Shown: piece by piece, positions 1 to 8,034 of the stretch
Layout: every line of letters starts with the position of its first letter
Numbering within the stretch: the first letter of the stretch is position 1
Source of the DNA: Candidatus Latescibacterota bacterium
Lineage (GTDB): Bacteria; Latescibacterota; UBA2968; GCA-2709665
DNA: 64,000 bases
Assembly (NCBI GenBank): GCA_965205485.1
Contig: OZ242180.1
Span: forward strand, 4,640,001 to 4,704,000
Reading direction: 5' to 3'
Notes under the pieces: generated by a model
Databases searched by the model: none
The model's input: the letters and a program-made list of their open reading frames with translations, nothing else
What the model was told of the DNA's origin: nothing
Made by a program: the position numbers and the translations under genes

Positions 1-831
1 CTGGTGGATTCCATCGATCAAGCCCTGCTCTCCGTCCAACCGGGAAATGTCCACTGCGGCCCTCTCCCACCGCACGCAATCCATAGACCTGAATTCAACA
101 CTGACGTCGCCGTCATCGTCGACCTCGACGAGATACACGCCGCGGGCGCCGGATTCATTGGGATGTCTTCCCTGGGGGTTGCCCGGATAGACCACGGTCG
201 GGGACCGCTTGCTGAGTACCTGTCTCGCATGCACGTGTCCCAGCGCCCAATAATCCATTCCTGATCGTACAAGATCGTCCAGCGAGCAGGGCGCGTAATT
301 CACGTGTGAGGTGTCGCTGACTGCATTGGCATGCACCAGACCGATGGAAAACGCATCGGGGTCGCCGCTGCCGAGACGCTGCGCGAGGTTGTCGTAGACG
401 TCTCGTTTGGAATAGCTGATGCCGTGAACAACCGCGCGTTCGGGATCGTCTTCAAATATCGGCACGGCCTGTGCCTCCTCGAGGAAGCGCATAGATCCTG
501 TCGGGTAGTCCAGACGTGCCTCCCAACCGTCGAGCGGATCGTGGTTGCCGTGGCAGACGAAAGAGCGTATGCCCGCCTCGTCCAGCCGCTTCAGGCCGTC
601 CACGAACCTGAGCTGTGCTCGCAGGCTCCGGTCGGCCGAGTCGTACACGTCGCCGGCGACGAGCAGCGCATCCACACGCTCATCGATGCACAGGTCGATG
701 ATGTTCTCGTAGGCGCGAAAGGTCGCGTCCTGCAGCGCGCTCGCGACGTTTTCGGGAGCAACGGCCTTTATCCCGACAAATGGGCTATCGAGATGCAGAT
801 CAGCGGTATGTACGAAGCGAAGACGAGGCAT
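1..831 (-). CDS. YhaO/SbcD(Mre11)-like metallophosphoesterase DNA-repair exonuclease, 3' end outside window
   Basis: Manual translation from ATG at 831: MPRLRFVHTADLHLDSPF...DALLVAGDVYDSADRSLRAQ (DxH and GD motifs). Absent from the ORF track because the frame runs off the edge. Confidence 0.9.
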   Translation of the reverse strand, partial: MPRLRFVHTADLHLDSPFVGIKAVAPENVASALQDATFRAYENIIDLCIDERVDALLVAGDVYDSADRSLRAQLRFVDGLKRLDEAGIRSFVCHGNHDPLDGWEARLDYPTGSMRFLEEAQAVPIFEDDPERAVVHGISYSKRDVYDNLAQRLGSGDPDAFSIGLVHANAVSDTSHVNYAPCSLDDLVRSGMDYWALGHVHARQVLSKRSPTVVYPGNPQGRHPNESGARGVYLVEVDDDGDVSVEFRSMDCVRWERAAVDISRLDGEQGLIDGIHQ

Positions 832-837
832 GTCTAT

Positions 838-1188
838 CTATTGGCTCCCGTTGGTTCGTCGTTCATAGAGCACCTTTCCCTCCCGCAGCGCCCGTGCCAG
901 CACATGATTCAGGGAGTCGCGCCAGTAGTCGACGTCGTCACGAGAATAGACAAGGACGTCGGCTGCAACCGGAAAGCCGGCCACGGCGTGGTAGAGTCTG
1001 ACCATCTCTTTGTGGCGACTTCGCTTCGGACCGAAGGGCTCCGCTTCCACGACCACCAGGTCCACGTCCGAATCCTGGCGCTCGTCCCCCCGTCCGCGGG
1101 AGCCAAAGAGGATCACCTGCTCCGGGTCGACTTCGTCGACGATGGCTCGTACCATCCGGTCGATGAGTTTGTCGGTGACTTGTGTCAT
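838..1188 (-). CDS. Minimal nucleotidyltransferase (MNT) domain protein
   Basis: VILFGSRGRG...SDVDLVVV and C-terminal EGKVLYE; ATG at 1188 chosen after GGAG. Confidence 0.85.
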   Translation of the reverse strand: MTQVTDKLIDRMVRAIVDEVDPEQVILFGSRGRGDERQDSDVDLVVVEAEPFGPKRSRHKEMVRLYHAVAGFPVAADVLVYSRDDVDYWRDSLNHVLARALREGKVLYERRTNGSQ

Positions 1189-1223
1189 TGCTCCGGCGTT
1201 TCGGGCTTTTCGCTTGTCGAGCG

Positions 1224-1658
1224 TCAAAAGAGTGGATCCTGTATATCCAGGAAGTCGAATCTCAAGAAGTCCCGGTCATTAGTGTACAACGTGCGTACCC
1301 CGTGGAAGCGCATGAGTGCGGCGAGGTGCGCGTCCGGTACAAGATTCCCTCGCACAGGCGTCTCTTCCGTCGTGGCTCGATAGCTCTCCCAGAATCCGAT
1401 GTCTTCGGCGATGCAGCGGGTGTTGGACAGACTGAACAATGTCTCCACGTTGGCGATCGCCTCTTCTGATGTCAACGGCTCATCGAAGATCGACGGATGA
1501 GTGGCAATCCGCAGGTAACTCATGATCGTCGGCCAACCCAGATAAAGCACATCGGGCCTGCTCATGCAGGATTGTAGAAAGCTCTTAGCTTTGTCGTGGA
1601 ATGGACTGGAGGCGTCCGATGCGTAGAGGAGCAGTTTGACGTCAAGTGAATAGCTCAT
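1224..1658 (-). CDS. vapC: PIN-domain VapC toxin
   Basis: LDVKLLLYA, GNLVPDAHLAAL, LYTNDRDF. Confidence 0.85.
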   Translation of the reverse strand: MSYSLDVKLLLYASDASSPFHDKAKSFLQSCMSRPDVLYLGWPTIMSYLRIATHPSIFDEPLTSEEAIANVETLFSLSNTRCIAEDIGFWESYRATTEETPVRGNLVPDAHLAALMRFHGVRTLYTNDRDFLRFDFLDIQDPLF

Positions 1659-1668
1659 TGTCTATCGC

Positions 1669-1911
1669 TTACTTACCTGGTGAAAATCGGTCCAATGCGC
1701 GGTGCACTGCTTCCTTGTCGGAAAGATTCACACGGGCACCCATCTGTTTTGCGATCCATACACGAGGAGAAGGCGTGGCGGACGCTGCATCGGCCTTCAG
1801 GGCTTGCGCCAGCAGGTTGGATACGAGCCTTCCCAGGGACATGCCCTCTTTCTTTTGGATCCGCTTCAACTCCCGAAGGATCTGGGCGTCAATATCAAGG
1901 GTCGTTCTCAC
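1669..1911 (-). CDS. vapB: VapB-type ribbon-helix-helix antitoxin
   Basis: VRTTLDIDAQIL...; GTG start with AGGAGG RBS; directly upstream of PIN gene. Confidence 0.8.
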   Translation of the reverse strand: MRTTLDIDAQILRELKRIQKKEGMSLGRLVSNLLAQALKADAASATPSPRVWIAKQMGARVNLSDKEAVHRALDRFSPGK

Positions 1912-1980
1912 GAGATGATCCTCCTGATGCTGAAATTTCATCCTGGACTCGTGCCGGGAATCGTTCTTCATCCACCGTCG

Positions 1981-2349
1981 TCAAATGAACTTCTCGGGTG
2001 ACACTTGAAATATCTGTGCCAATTTTCGCGCCGTCTTCAGGCTGATCGACCGGACTTCCCGCTCCATATTCGAAACATGCTGTCGAGGAACACCGCCGAG
2101 CAACTCGCCCAGTTTTGCCTGCGTCAACCCGTGATTCTCGCGGTATGTCCTCAGATTGTCTCCAGGCGCCATTCCTGATTTGATGCTTCGGTACCAGTCG
2201 GTCTCGAATACATCGACGAGATCCTCGCTTCTGTCTTCGGATAACCGAATCTGTCTGCCGAATTCCTCATTCAATACGGACATCAGCTTTTCCGGGATGT
2301 CCCCTCTGATGAGAATCTGAATATTGGGTGTTTTCACGACAGCCTGCAT
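1981..2349 (-). CDS. XRE-family HTH protein (HigA-like antitoxin)
   Basis: C-terminal NLRTYRENHGLTQAKLGELLGGVPRQHVSNME HTH_3 pattern. Confidence 0.85.
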   Translation of the reverse strand: MQAVVKTPNIQILIRGDIPEKLMSVLNEEFGRQIRLSEDRSEDLVDVFETDWYRSIKSGMAPGDNLRTYRENHGLTQAKLGELLGGVPRQHVSNMEREVRSISLKTARKLAQIFQVSPEKFI

Positions 2350-2529
2350 AATAGACCTCGATCGCTTTTCAATGCCTCCTGTACGGCCAAGAAACGACGC
2401 AATTTAGCGCGAGGTGGCAGTAGTTTCAAAGTAACCATTAAATAGTTACATGCCAAACTAATGTCATCTCCTCATCCAGAACCGTACTGAATTCATCTCA
2501 CTTCGACTCTTTCAATGGTGGCAAAACTA

Positions 2530-2545
2530 TGCAAACTGCGTGCCA
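2530..2545 (-). promoter_or_regulatory. Sigma54 -24/-12 promoter candidate
   Basis: Minus strand TGGCACGCAGTTTGCA matches TGGCACG-N4-TTGCW exactly; intergenic. Confidence 0.55.
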
Positions 2546-2872
2546 TTGTCCGCTCGCGCGTGGCGCCAATCTCATAGCCACCTCAACAACGTGGATGGAC
2601 GGACCGAAATTGGGCCAATCCGGAACAAATGGCATGCTTGGATTTTGATGTACACACTATGAAATCCAATGTTCACAATAATCATTCGAGACGGGTCCTC
2701 ACTTCGGCGTACCGCAACAGTACCCGATCTAAAGACTTCGACCGCCGGGAAAGAAATCCTCCAGACGGTCACAAGCGAGCCGAAATGACCCGGCATCGGC
2801 GGGGTATGGCCAGTGACATGCGATATCAGGATATTTGCGCACTGTCTTCGTGGGTATGCGGTTCGGCAGCGT

Positions 2873-3259
2873 TTACCAGACGCGGTTGACACCGTACCGA
2901 TCGAATATTGCCTCAATTGACACGAGAGGAAAATCGAACGTGAGCGCCTGCGCAATCAACATGCGGTCGAACGGATCCCGATGCGGTCCTGGCAGCCGCC
3001 CCGCACGCTCGCCATTGCGAACGGAAATTGGCAACTCCTGAAATCCCTGACTCGCAATACAGCCGGCGACGTCCTGTACGACTACGTCGGCGCCAGGAAG
3101 CTTTCCGAGACGATGCTTCGTTGTAATCTCCCAAGCGGACGCCGCGCTAATGAGGATATCGTTACCAGGGTCGGCGATTGCATCGAGGGCAACGGCCGAC
3201 AGACGATCGCTGCCTGCGAGCCACCACAGAAAGGCATGGGTGTCAAGTAGGATACGCAT
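2873..3259 (-). CDS. vapC: PIN-domain VapC toxin
   Basis: MRILLDTHAFLWW...HRDPFDRMLIAQA. Confidence 0.92.
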   Translation of the reverse strand: MRILLDTHAFLWWLAGSDRLSAVALDAIADPGNDILISAASAWEITTKHRLGKLPGADVVVQDVAGCIASQGFQELPISVRNGERAGRLPGPHRDPFDRMLIAQALTFDFPLVSIEAIFDRYGVNRVW

Positions 3260-3263
3260 GCAA

Positions 3264-3497
3264 TCACGCCTCCCATGCGGCCAATTCGTCTTCCGGAAGT
3301 GGCTCGAAGAAACTGTCGTCGACCGCAACCAGACCCTTCATGGCGCCAAACCGCCGGATTCCCGGACGATTCTCATAAGGAACGAGACGTGCAATCGGGG
3401 TACCGCTGCGAGCAATCACGACCTCTTCACCTGCCTCCACCCTCGCCAGGAGGCGGGATAGTTGGGTTTTGGCCGCATGTACGTTGACGGCTGACAT
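3264..3497 (-). CDS. Phd/YefM family antitoxin
   Basis: VNVHAAKTQLSRLLARVEAGEEVVIAR. Confidence 0.92.
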   Translation of the reverse strand: MSAVNVHAAKTQLSRLLARVEAGEEVVIARSGTPIARLVPYENRPGIRRFGAMKGLVAVDDSFFEPLPEDELAAWEA

Positions 3498-3532
3498 CGT
3501 GTGACTCCCTGATTTCAGGCCGGAATTTTACC

Positions 3533-3568
3533 TTGGCTAAATATATAGCTAAGCAATACCAGTGTCAA
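3533..3568 (-). promoter_or_regulatory. Sigma70 promoter with overlapping palindromic operator for the phd-vapC operon
   Basis: TTGACA-17-TATATT; imperfect palindrome TTGGCTAAATATATAGCTAA (3533-3552) over the -10. Confidence 0.7.
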
Positions 3569-3648
3569 GTGGGGGTTCTTGCTGTCGGAACCGCTCGACG
3601 ATTCCCAATGAACTGAAGACTGATGACGTTTCTCTCACTTGCCTGCCT

Positions 3649-4155
3649 TCACCCCATCCAACATCCCGAGCCCAGCTTCGGCCAATTGGGCGGTCTTGTC
3701 TCCACCGCGTAAGTCCAGGCGACTGTGAATGAATCTTTCACCCGTACCGGCACGAGCACCCGGCGATAGAGGCTTCGACCGCCGGGGCGGAAGCCTTCCA
3801 GGCGGTCGATGGCGGGCAGGCGGGTTTCAGGATCGTCGAATATGAGCAATTCCCCGTGCACGACGGCTCCGCAGCTCGCCCGCGGATCGGGCGGACTCTT
3901 CGTCAATCGCCGAGAGCCAATGTCACCTGCAAGGTGTTCCTGTGTGGCCGCGTCGGCCGCAGGATCGGCGGTTCCCGTTGCCAAGACATCCCGTTCGGGA
4001 ACCTCCAGGAACGGGATGCGATCGGGACGGATATAAAGTTGCCCGCGAACGATCGCATTCTCAATCGCCAGCACGCCGCGACAGTAATCCTCGTGGTTCG
4101 AGTACCCGCGCTTGAGGGTGCCGTAGACAAAGAGGGCGATTGTGAGTCGCGGCAT
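3649..4155 (-). CDS. Gamma-glutamylcyclotransferase (AIG2-like) family protein
   Basis: LFVYGTLKRG, VHGEL, IDRLEG, YRR. Confidence 0.85.
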   Translation of the reverse strand: MPRLTIALFVYGTLKRGYSNHEDYCRGVLAIENAIVRGQLYIRPDRIPFLEVPERDVLATGTADPAADAATQEHLAGDIGSRRLTKSPPDPRASCGAVVHGELLIFDDPETRLPAIDRLEGFRPGGRSLYRRVLVPVRVKDSFTVAWTYAVETRPPNWPKLGSGCWMG

Positions 4156-4212
4156 CGGCGCGCCCCATTATACGCTTTGCATTCCGATTCACGATCGATA
4201 TGTTGTCCGGAA

Positions 4213-4237
4213 GGGCGCCCACAAGGGACGCCCCTAC
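4213..4237 (-). repeat. GTAG-type REP palindrome
   Basis: GTAGGGGCGTCCCTTGTGGGCGCCC: GTAG followed by an imperfect hairpin. Confidence 0.65.
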
Positions 4238-4328
4238 AAGACGGAGGGGAATTAGAGTCTTACCGTAAGACTTCAACACGAAGTGCATACAGGTTTGCCC
4301 ATGCTGCTTGCATACGGTATGGTGTTGG

Positions 4329-4419
4329 AATCCCCCCACCGCATCAGCCGTCGCCGGCCCTTCGACAAGCTCAGGGGACGGCTCGGCTTCTGCGACTCCC
4401 CCTCAAGGGGGGAGTGATT
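4329..4419. repeat. Composite palindromic repeat: ACTCCCCCTCAAGGGGGGAGT hairpin plus nested CCCTTCGACAAGCTCAGGG unit
   Basis: Nested unit at 4358-4376 recurs at 11715-11733. Confidence 0.6.
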
Positions 4420-4567
4420 GGTACATCAAGCACGCGCGCGTTCTCTGCTAACTATTCGGTTGCGGCTGAGCAAAGCGAAGGCGCACAAGGGGGAGGTGTA
4501 GACGCCAGGATTGGCGTCCGGTTTCTTTGGTGAGTCTGAATTCACCTTAACTTCCAGCGAGTCTTCG

Positions 4568-5485
4568 ATGAAACCGATTTTTCTCAAATGGACCGGTTGC
4601 GGCGGTTTCGAAGTGCGTACGGACGCGGTCAACTTCGCCTTCGACCCCTACTTGTTCGGTGAGCATCTGACCGGCGCTTCGCCTGATCTCGACTATATCT
4701 TCATCAGTCACGAACACTTCGATCACTGCCACCCGGGAACGCTTCGCCGGCTCTGCCGCGGCGATCGCTTCAAGAAAGTCTTTGTCAGCCCCGGTTGCTG
4801 CGACCCCGATCAACCCGTGGACGAAAAGTACCGCGATGCCGCGTTCGACCGGGACCTCCCCATCACCAAATACCTGGACCCGAATCTCGTGCAGGTGGTC
4901 TTCCCCCGGCACCTGAGCCACGTCGGCGGGGAGTCCCGGAGCTTTCCCGGTCCCTTCGAGCTGGACCTCGGGCCCATTCAGGTGGACATCATCGAAAGCG
5001 GAGAAAACCAGAGACCCGACCTGCCGAACTGCGGATACCTCGTTACGGTGCGGGATCTCGGCGTCTCCTTCCTGCATACGGGGGATCTCACCGAACCGTA
5101 CCGCGCACTCGAGAAACTCCGCGGCAGGGTCACCTATCTCATCCACATGAAGTTGGGCCTGACGGAATGGGGCGGCGAGGACCGCACGGACAAACTCCTT
5201 CAATGCATCGACGCCGTCGAGCCGGAGTTCCTGATACCCATCCACTATCGCACCGACCGCGTGTCCGACCCGATCCCGCACGGGACCTGGCCGCCCGACG
5301 TCACGGACGCGGGCGCGTTCATCGAATGGATTCGGGAGGCCGTGGGAAACAGGACCCGCGTTCTGCCTTTCACGGCCGGAGTGGAATACGAAGTCGAACT
5401 GCCCTCGAAGCGGGTCCTCTGGAAGTGGAACTGGTTCAACACATGGACCGAGCCGTCCTGGCGCGACGACCGATCGAACGAATAG
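4568..5485 (+). CDS. Metallo-beta-lactamase-fold hydrolase
   Basis: FDPY, ISHEHFDH, HTGD, IPIHY. Confidence 0.85.
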   Translation: MKPIFLKWTGCGGFEVRTDAVNFAFDPYLFGEHLTGASPDLDYIFISHEHFDHCHPGTLRRLCRGDRFKKVFVSPGCCDPDQPVDEKYRDAAFDRDLPITKYLDPNLVQVVFPRHLSHVGGESRSFPGPFELDLGPIQVDIIESGENQRPDLPNCGYLVTVRDLGVSFLHTGDLTEPYRALEKLRGRVTYLIHMKLGLTEWGGEDRTDKLLQCIDAVEPEFLIPIHYRTDRVSDPIPHGTWPPDVTDAGAFIEWIREAVGNRTRVLPFTAGVEYEVELPSKRVLWKWNWFNTWTEPSWRDDRSNE

Positions 5486-5550
5486 ACGGGGTGAAACGCC
5501 CAGGAAGTCGATCGGAGACCGGCTTCGCGGAAAACAGTGGGGCGACCTGA

Positions 5551-6648
5551 TCAGAAGACGATCAGACCCCGGGCCACTTCCCCGGCCACGAGCGCATCGA
5601 AGGCCTCGTTCGCTTCGTCCACGCCGTATTTCCGCGTCACCAGTTCGTCGATCTTGAGCTTGCCTGCCAGATAGAGCTCCACCATCCGTGGAAAGTCGTC
5701 CCACGTCCTCGCGCTTCCGTATCTGGAGCCGCGCATGATCCGCTCGTTGGACTGGAGGTTCCCGGTATCGAACGTTACCGTGGATCCGGTTGGCGGCAAC
5801 CCGATCAGCACGCACTGGCCCCTGGACGCCAGGCAATCCCATGCCTGGTTGATCACCCGAGGCTCACCCACGGCCACGAAGGAGTAGTCGGCGCCCCGAC
5901 CCGTCAGGTCGCGGATCGCCTCCACGGGATCCTCCTCGGCGGCGTTGATCGTGTGGGTGGCGCCGAACGATTTCGCGTATTCGAGCTTCGCGGGGTTGAT
6001 GTCCACGGCAATGATGGGGTGGGCCTGCACCAGCGTTCCACCCTGGACCGCGTTCAGGCCGATTCCACCCGATCCGAAAACCGCCATGCTCGCCCCCGGC
6101 CTCACCGCGGCGGTGTTGATCACCGAGCCCACGCCCGTCATCACGGAACACCCGATCAACGCTGCCACGTCGAGCGGCATATCCTCGCGAATGGGTACGG
6201 CGCACGACGCCGGCATCACCGAATAGGACGAAAAGCTGCACGCCGGCCCATAGTGGTAGACCGTTTCCCCGCGCAATTTCATTCTCGAGGTACCATCCAT
6301 CAACACGCCGTTGGAGGGCACGCCGCGTTCGCACAGGTGAGAAAGCCCGGTGACGCAATAGTGACAGCGTCCGCAGGTGGGCGACCAGGACAGGATCACG
6401 TGGTCGCCCGCCTTTACGTGGGTCACGCCGGGGCCCACCTCCTCCACCACGCCGGCTCCTTCGTCACCCAGCACCATCGGCATGGGAAACCCGGTCCAGC
6501 CCCCGTCCACGACGTGCAGACAACTGTGACAGACCCCGCTGGCCACCATGCGCACCATGACTTCGTCCTGCTTCGGCCCTTCCAGGTCCAGGTCCTCCAC
6601 GACCAGGGGCTCGAGCGGCTCCAACAGCACCGACGCCTGCATTTTCAT
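5551..6648 (-). CDS. Zn-dependent alcohol dehydrogenase (class III-like MDR)
   Basis: GVCHS, GDEGAG, CGRCHYC...C, GSGGIG. Confidence 0.92.
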   Translation of the reverse strand: MKMQASVLLEPLEPLVVEDLDLEGPKQDEVMVRMVASGVCHSCLHVVDGGWTGFPMPMVLGDEGAGVVEEVGPGVTHVKAGDHVILSWSPTCGRCHYCVTGLSHLCERGVPSNGVLMDGTSRMKLRGETVYHYGPACSFSSYSVMPASCAVPIREDMPLDVAALIGCSVMTGVGSVINTAAVRPGASMAVFGSGGIGLNAVQGGTLVQAHPIIAVDINPAKLEYAKSFGATHTINAAEEDPVEAIRDLTGRGADYSFVAVGEPRVINQAWDCLASRGQCVLIGLPPTGSTVTFDTGNLQSNERIMRGSRYGSARTWDDFPRMVELYLAGKLKIDELVTRKYGVDEANEAFDALVAGEVARGLIVF

Positions 6649-6756
6649 GGCATACCTCCCGTGTTTTCGAATATCCGTCATTCGAAAGTCGGTCCGGCCG
6701 TTTCAACATTATGGTACGAAATTACACGCGGCTTCGCAGCAGAAATCCTGCAGACG

Positions 6757-6795
6757 AAAAGAAAGCCCGGGCAAGCCTTTTGCCTGCCCGGGACT
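6757..6795 (-). terminator. Intrinsic terminator
   Basis: CCCGGGCA/TGCCCGGG stem followed by TTTCTTTT on the minus strand. Confidence 0.7.
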
Positions 6796-6819
6796 AAAGG
6801 ACAATGGTACCGAAAGTCG

Positions 6820-8034
6820 TCACGCCCGCGCGTGATGGGACTCCGCAGGCGCTCTGTAGGTCACGTCGACGTCGGCTGTCTCGAGACGCCGCTCGCCCTG
6901 CAGCCTTGACGTGAGACAGGCATCGAGAATGCCGCAGACGATGAGCGTCCGTTCAGGCGGGTAGGGCGCTTTCCCGCTTTCGATCATCTCCACGATCTTG
7001 TGGACCAGGCAGGCTGAATAGGTGACGTTGGGCGTGGGCGTCAGCAGAAACTGGGTGGATACCGGGGCGTCGTATCCGTCCACCCGCGCGGCAAAGCAGT
7101 AATCCCGTACGGCGCCGTTCAGCATGAGCAGGGTCGCCCTCAAGCCATCGCGGTATTCGATAAAGTAGGCTGCGGGGTTCTTCGCGAGATCCGGCAGTTC
7201 GCCGGCGCCAAGCAGGTCCCGCGTTCGGCCGTCTTCTTCGGGCAGGCCGCAGGGCGTGTCGCTGCGCGAAAGGGAGGCCTCGAGCAGGTCCCGGGACCAC
7301 CGGCCCTCCTCGCCGGCCTGCCAGACGGCGTCGCCTTCGATCATCTGTACGGCCCTGACGCCGGTTTCCCCGCCCTGCCTGCGTTCGACCATGCACTGCA
7401 TGGCCTCCAGCGCATGGTAGTCCATCGCGTCGGAGCCGCCCACACCGACCATCAGGGCCTCGTGAATCCTGCAATCCAGCGGCAATTCCACGTCGGGTAG
7501 CCGGTACGAAACAGGCAGCGACGACCCCGCCAGAAGCGGGAAACCGAGCCGGCGGGAGTCCGCGACCATCTCGCTGGCTTTGTCGAAGCTGTAGGAGAGG
7601 TGCTTGTCGTTGAATACCGGCGCCGCTACCCCGTCCTGTTCGAAGACCTTGACGCATTCCCTGAAGAACTCATATCTCGGATAGAGTTTCTGCCCCTTGT
7701 CGTTACTCGGGTACTCGCCGTGCTCTCCGATGATCAGCACGGCATCCACGGCCAGCCGGTCGCCGCCGCAGCGCAGCGCCCCGGATATGGAGTCGTAAAC
7801 GTCGTACCCGAACTCTCTAGCCCGGTCTTCGCTCTGATCGCCCTCCGGACTCTGGTCGACGTAGAGTGATACGATGCGCATGTTCGGCCGCCGCCACTGT
7901 CCTTCATACGGGTACCCGACGACGAATCGGTCCGCGATGTGCTGTGCGTGGGAGAGATAGCGGTATATGGTGGCGATGACGGCGACGCGCCTGGGAGCGG
8001 CGCCCGGTGCGCACCGTGGATCCGGACGAGTCAC
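6820..8034 (-). CDS. Uncharacterised protein, paralogue 2 (possible remote Gfo/Idh/MocA-like fold)
   Basis: Shares SHAQHI.DRF, VSLYVDQ, GEHGEY, APVFNDKHLS, AGSSLPV, QCMVERR with the upstream ORF; GTG start, GGAGG 6 nt upstream. Confidence 0.8.
   Translation of the reverse strand: MTRPDPRCAPGAAPRRVAVIATIYRYLSHAQHIADRFVVGYPYEGQWRRPNMRIVSLYVDQSPEGDQSEDRAREFGYDVYDSISGALRCGGDRLAVDAVLIIGEHGEYPSNDKGQKLYPRYEFFRECVKVFEQDGVAAPVFNDKHLSYSFDKASEMVADSRRLGFPLLAGSSLPVSYRLPDVELPLDCRIHEALMVGVGGSDAMDYHALEAMQCMVERRQGGETGVRAVQMIEGDAVWQAGEEGRWSRDLLEASLSRSDTPCGLPEEDGRTRDLLGAGELPDLAKNPAAYFIEYRDGLRATLLMLNGAVRDYCFAARVDGYDAPVSTQFLLTPTPNVTYSACLVHKIVEMIESGKAPYPPERTLIVCGILDACLTSRLQGERRLETADVDVTYRAPAESHHARA

Noticed and set aside
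331..1383. 350-aa plus-strand ORF
   Set aside because: Antisense shadow of the nuclease, MNT and vapC genes; no recognisable motifs.
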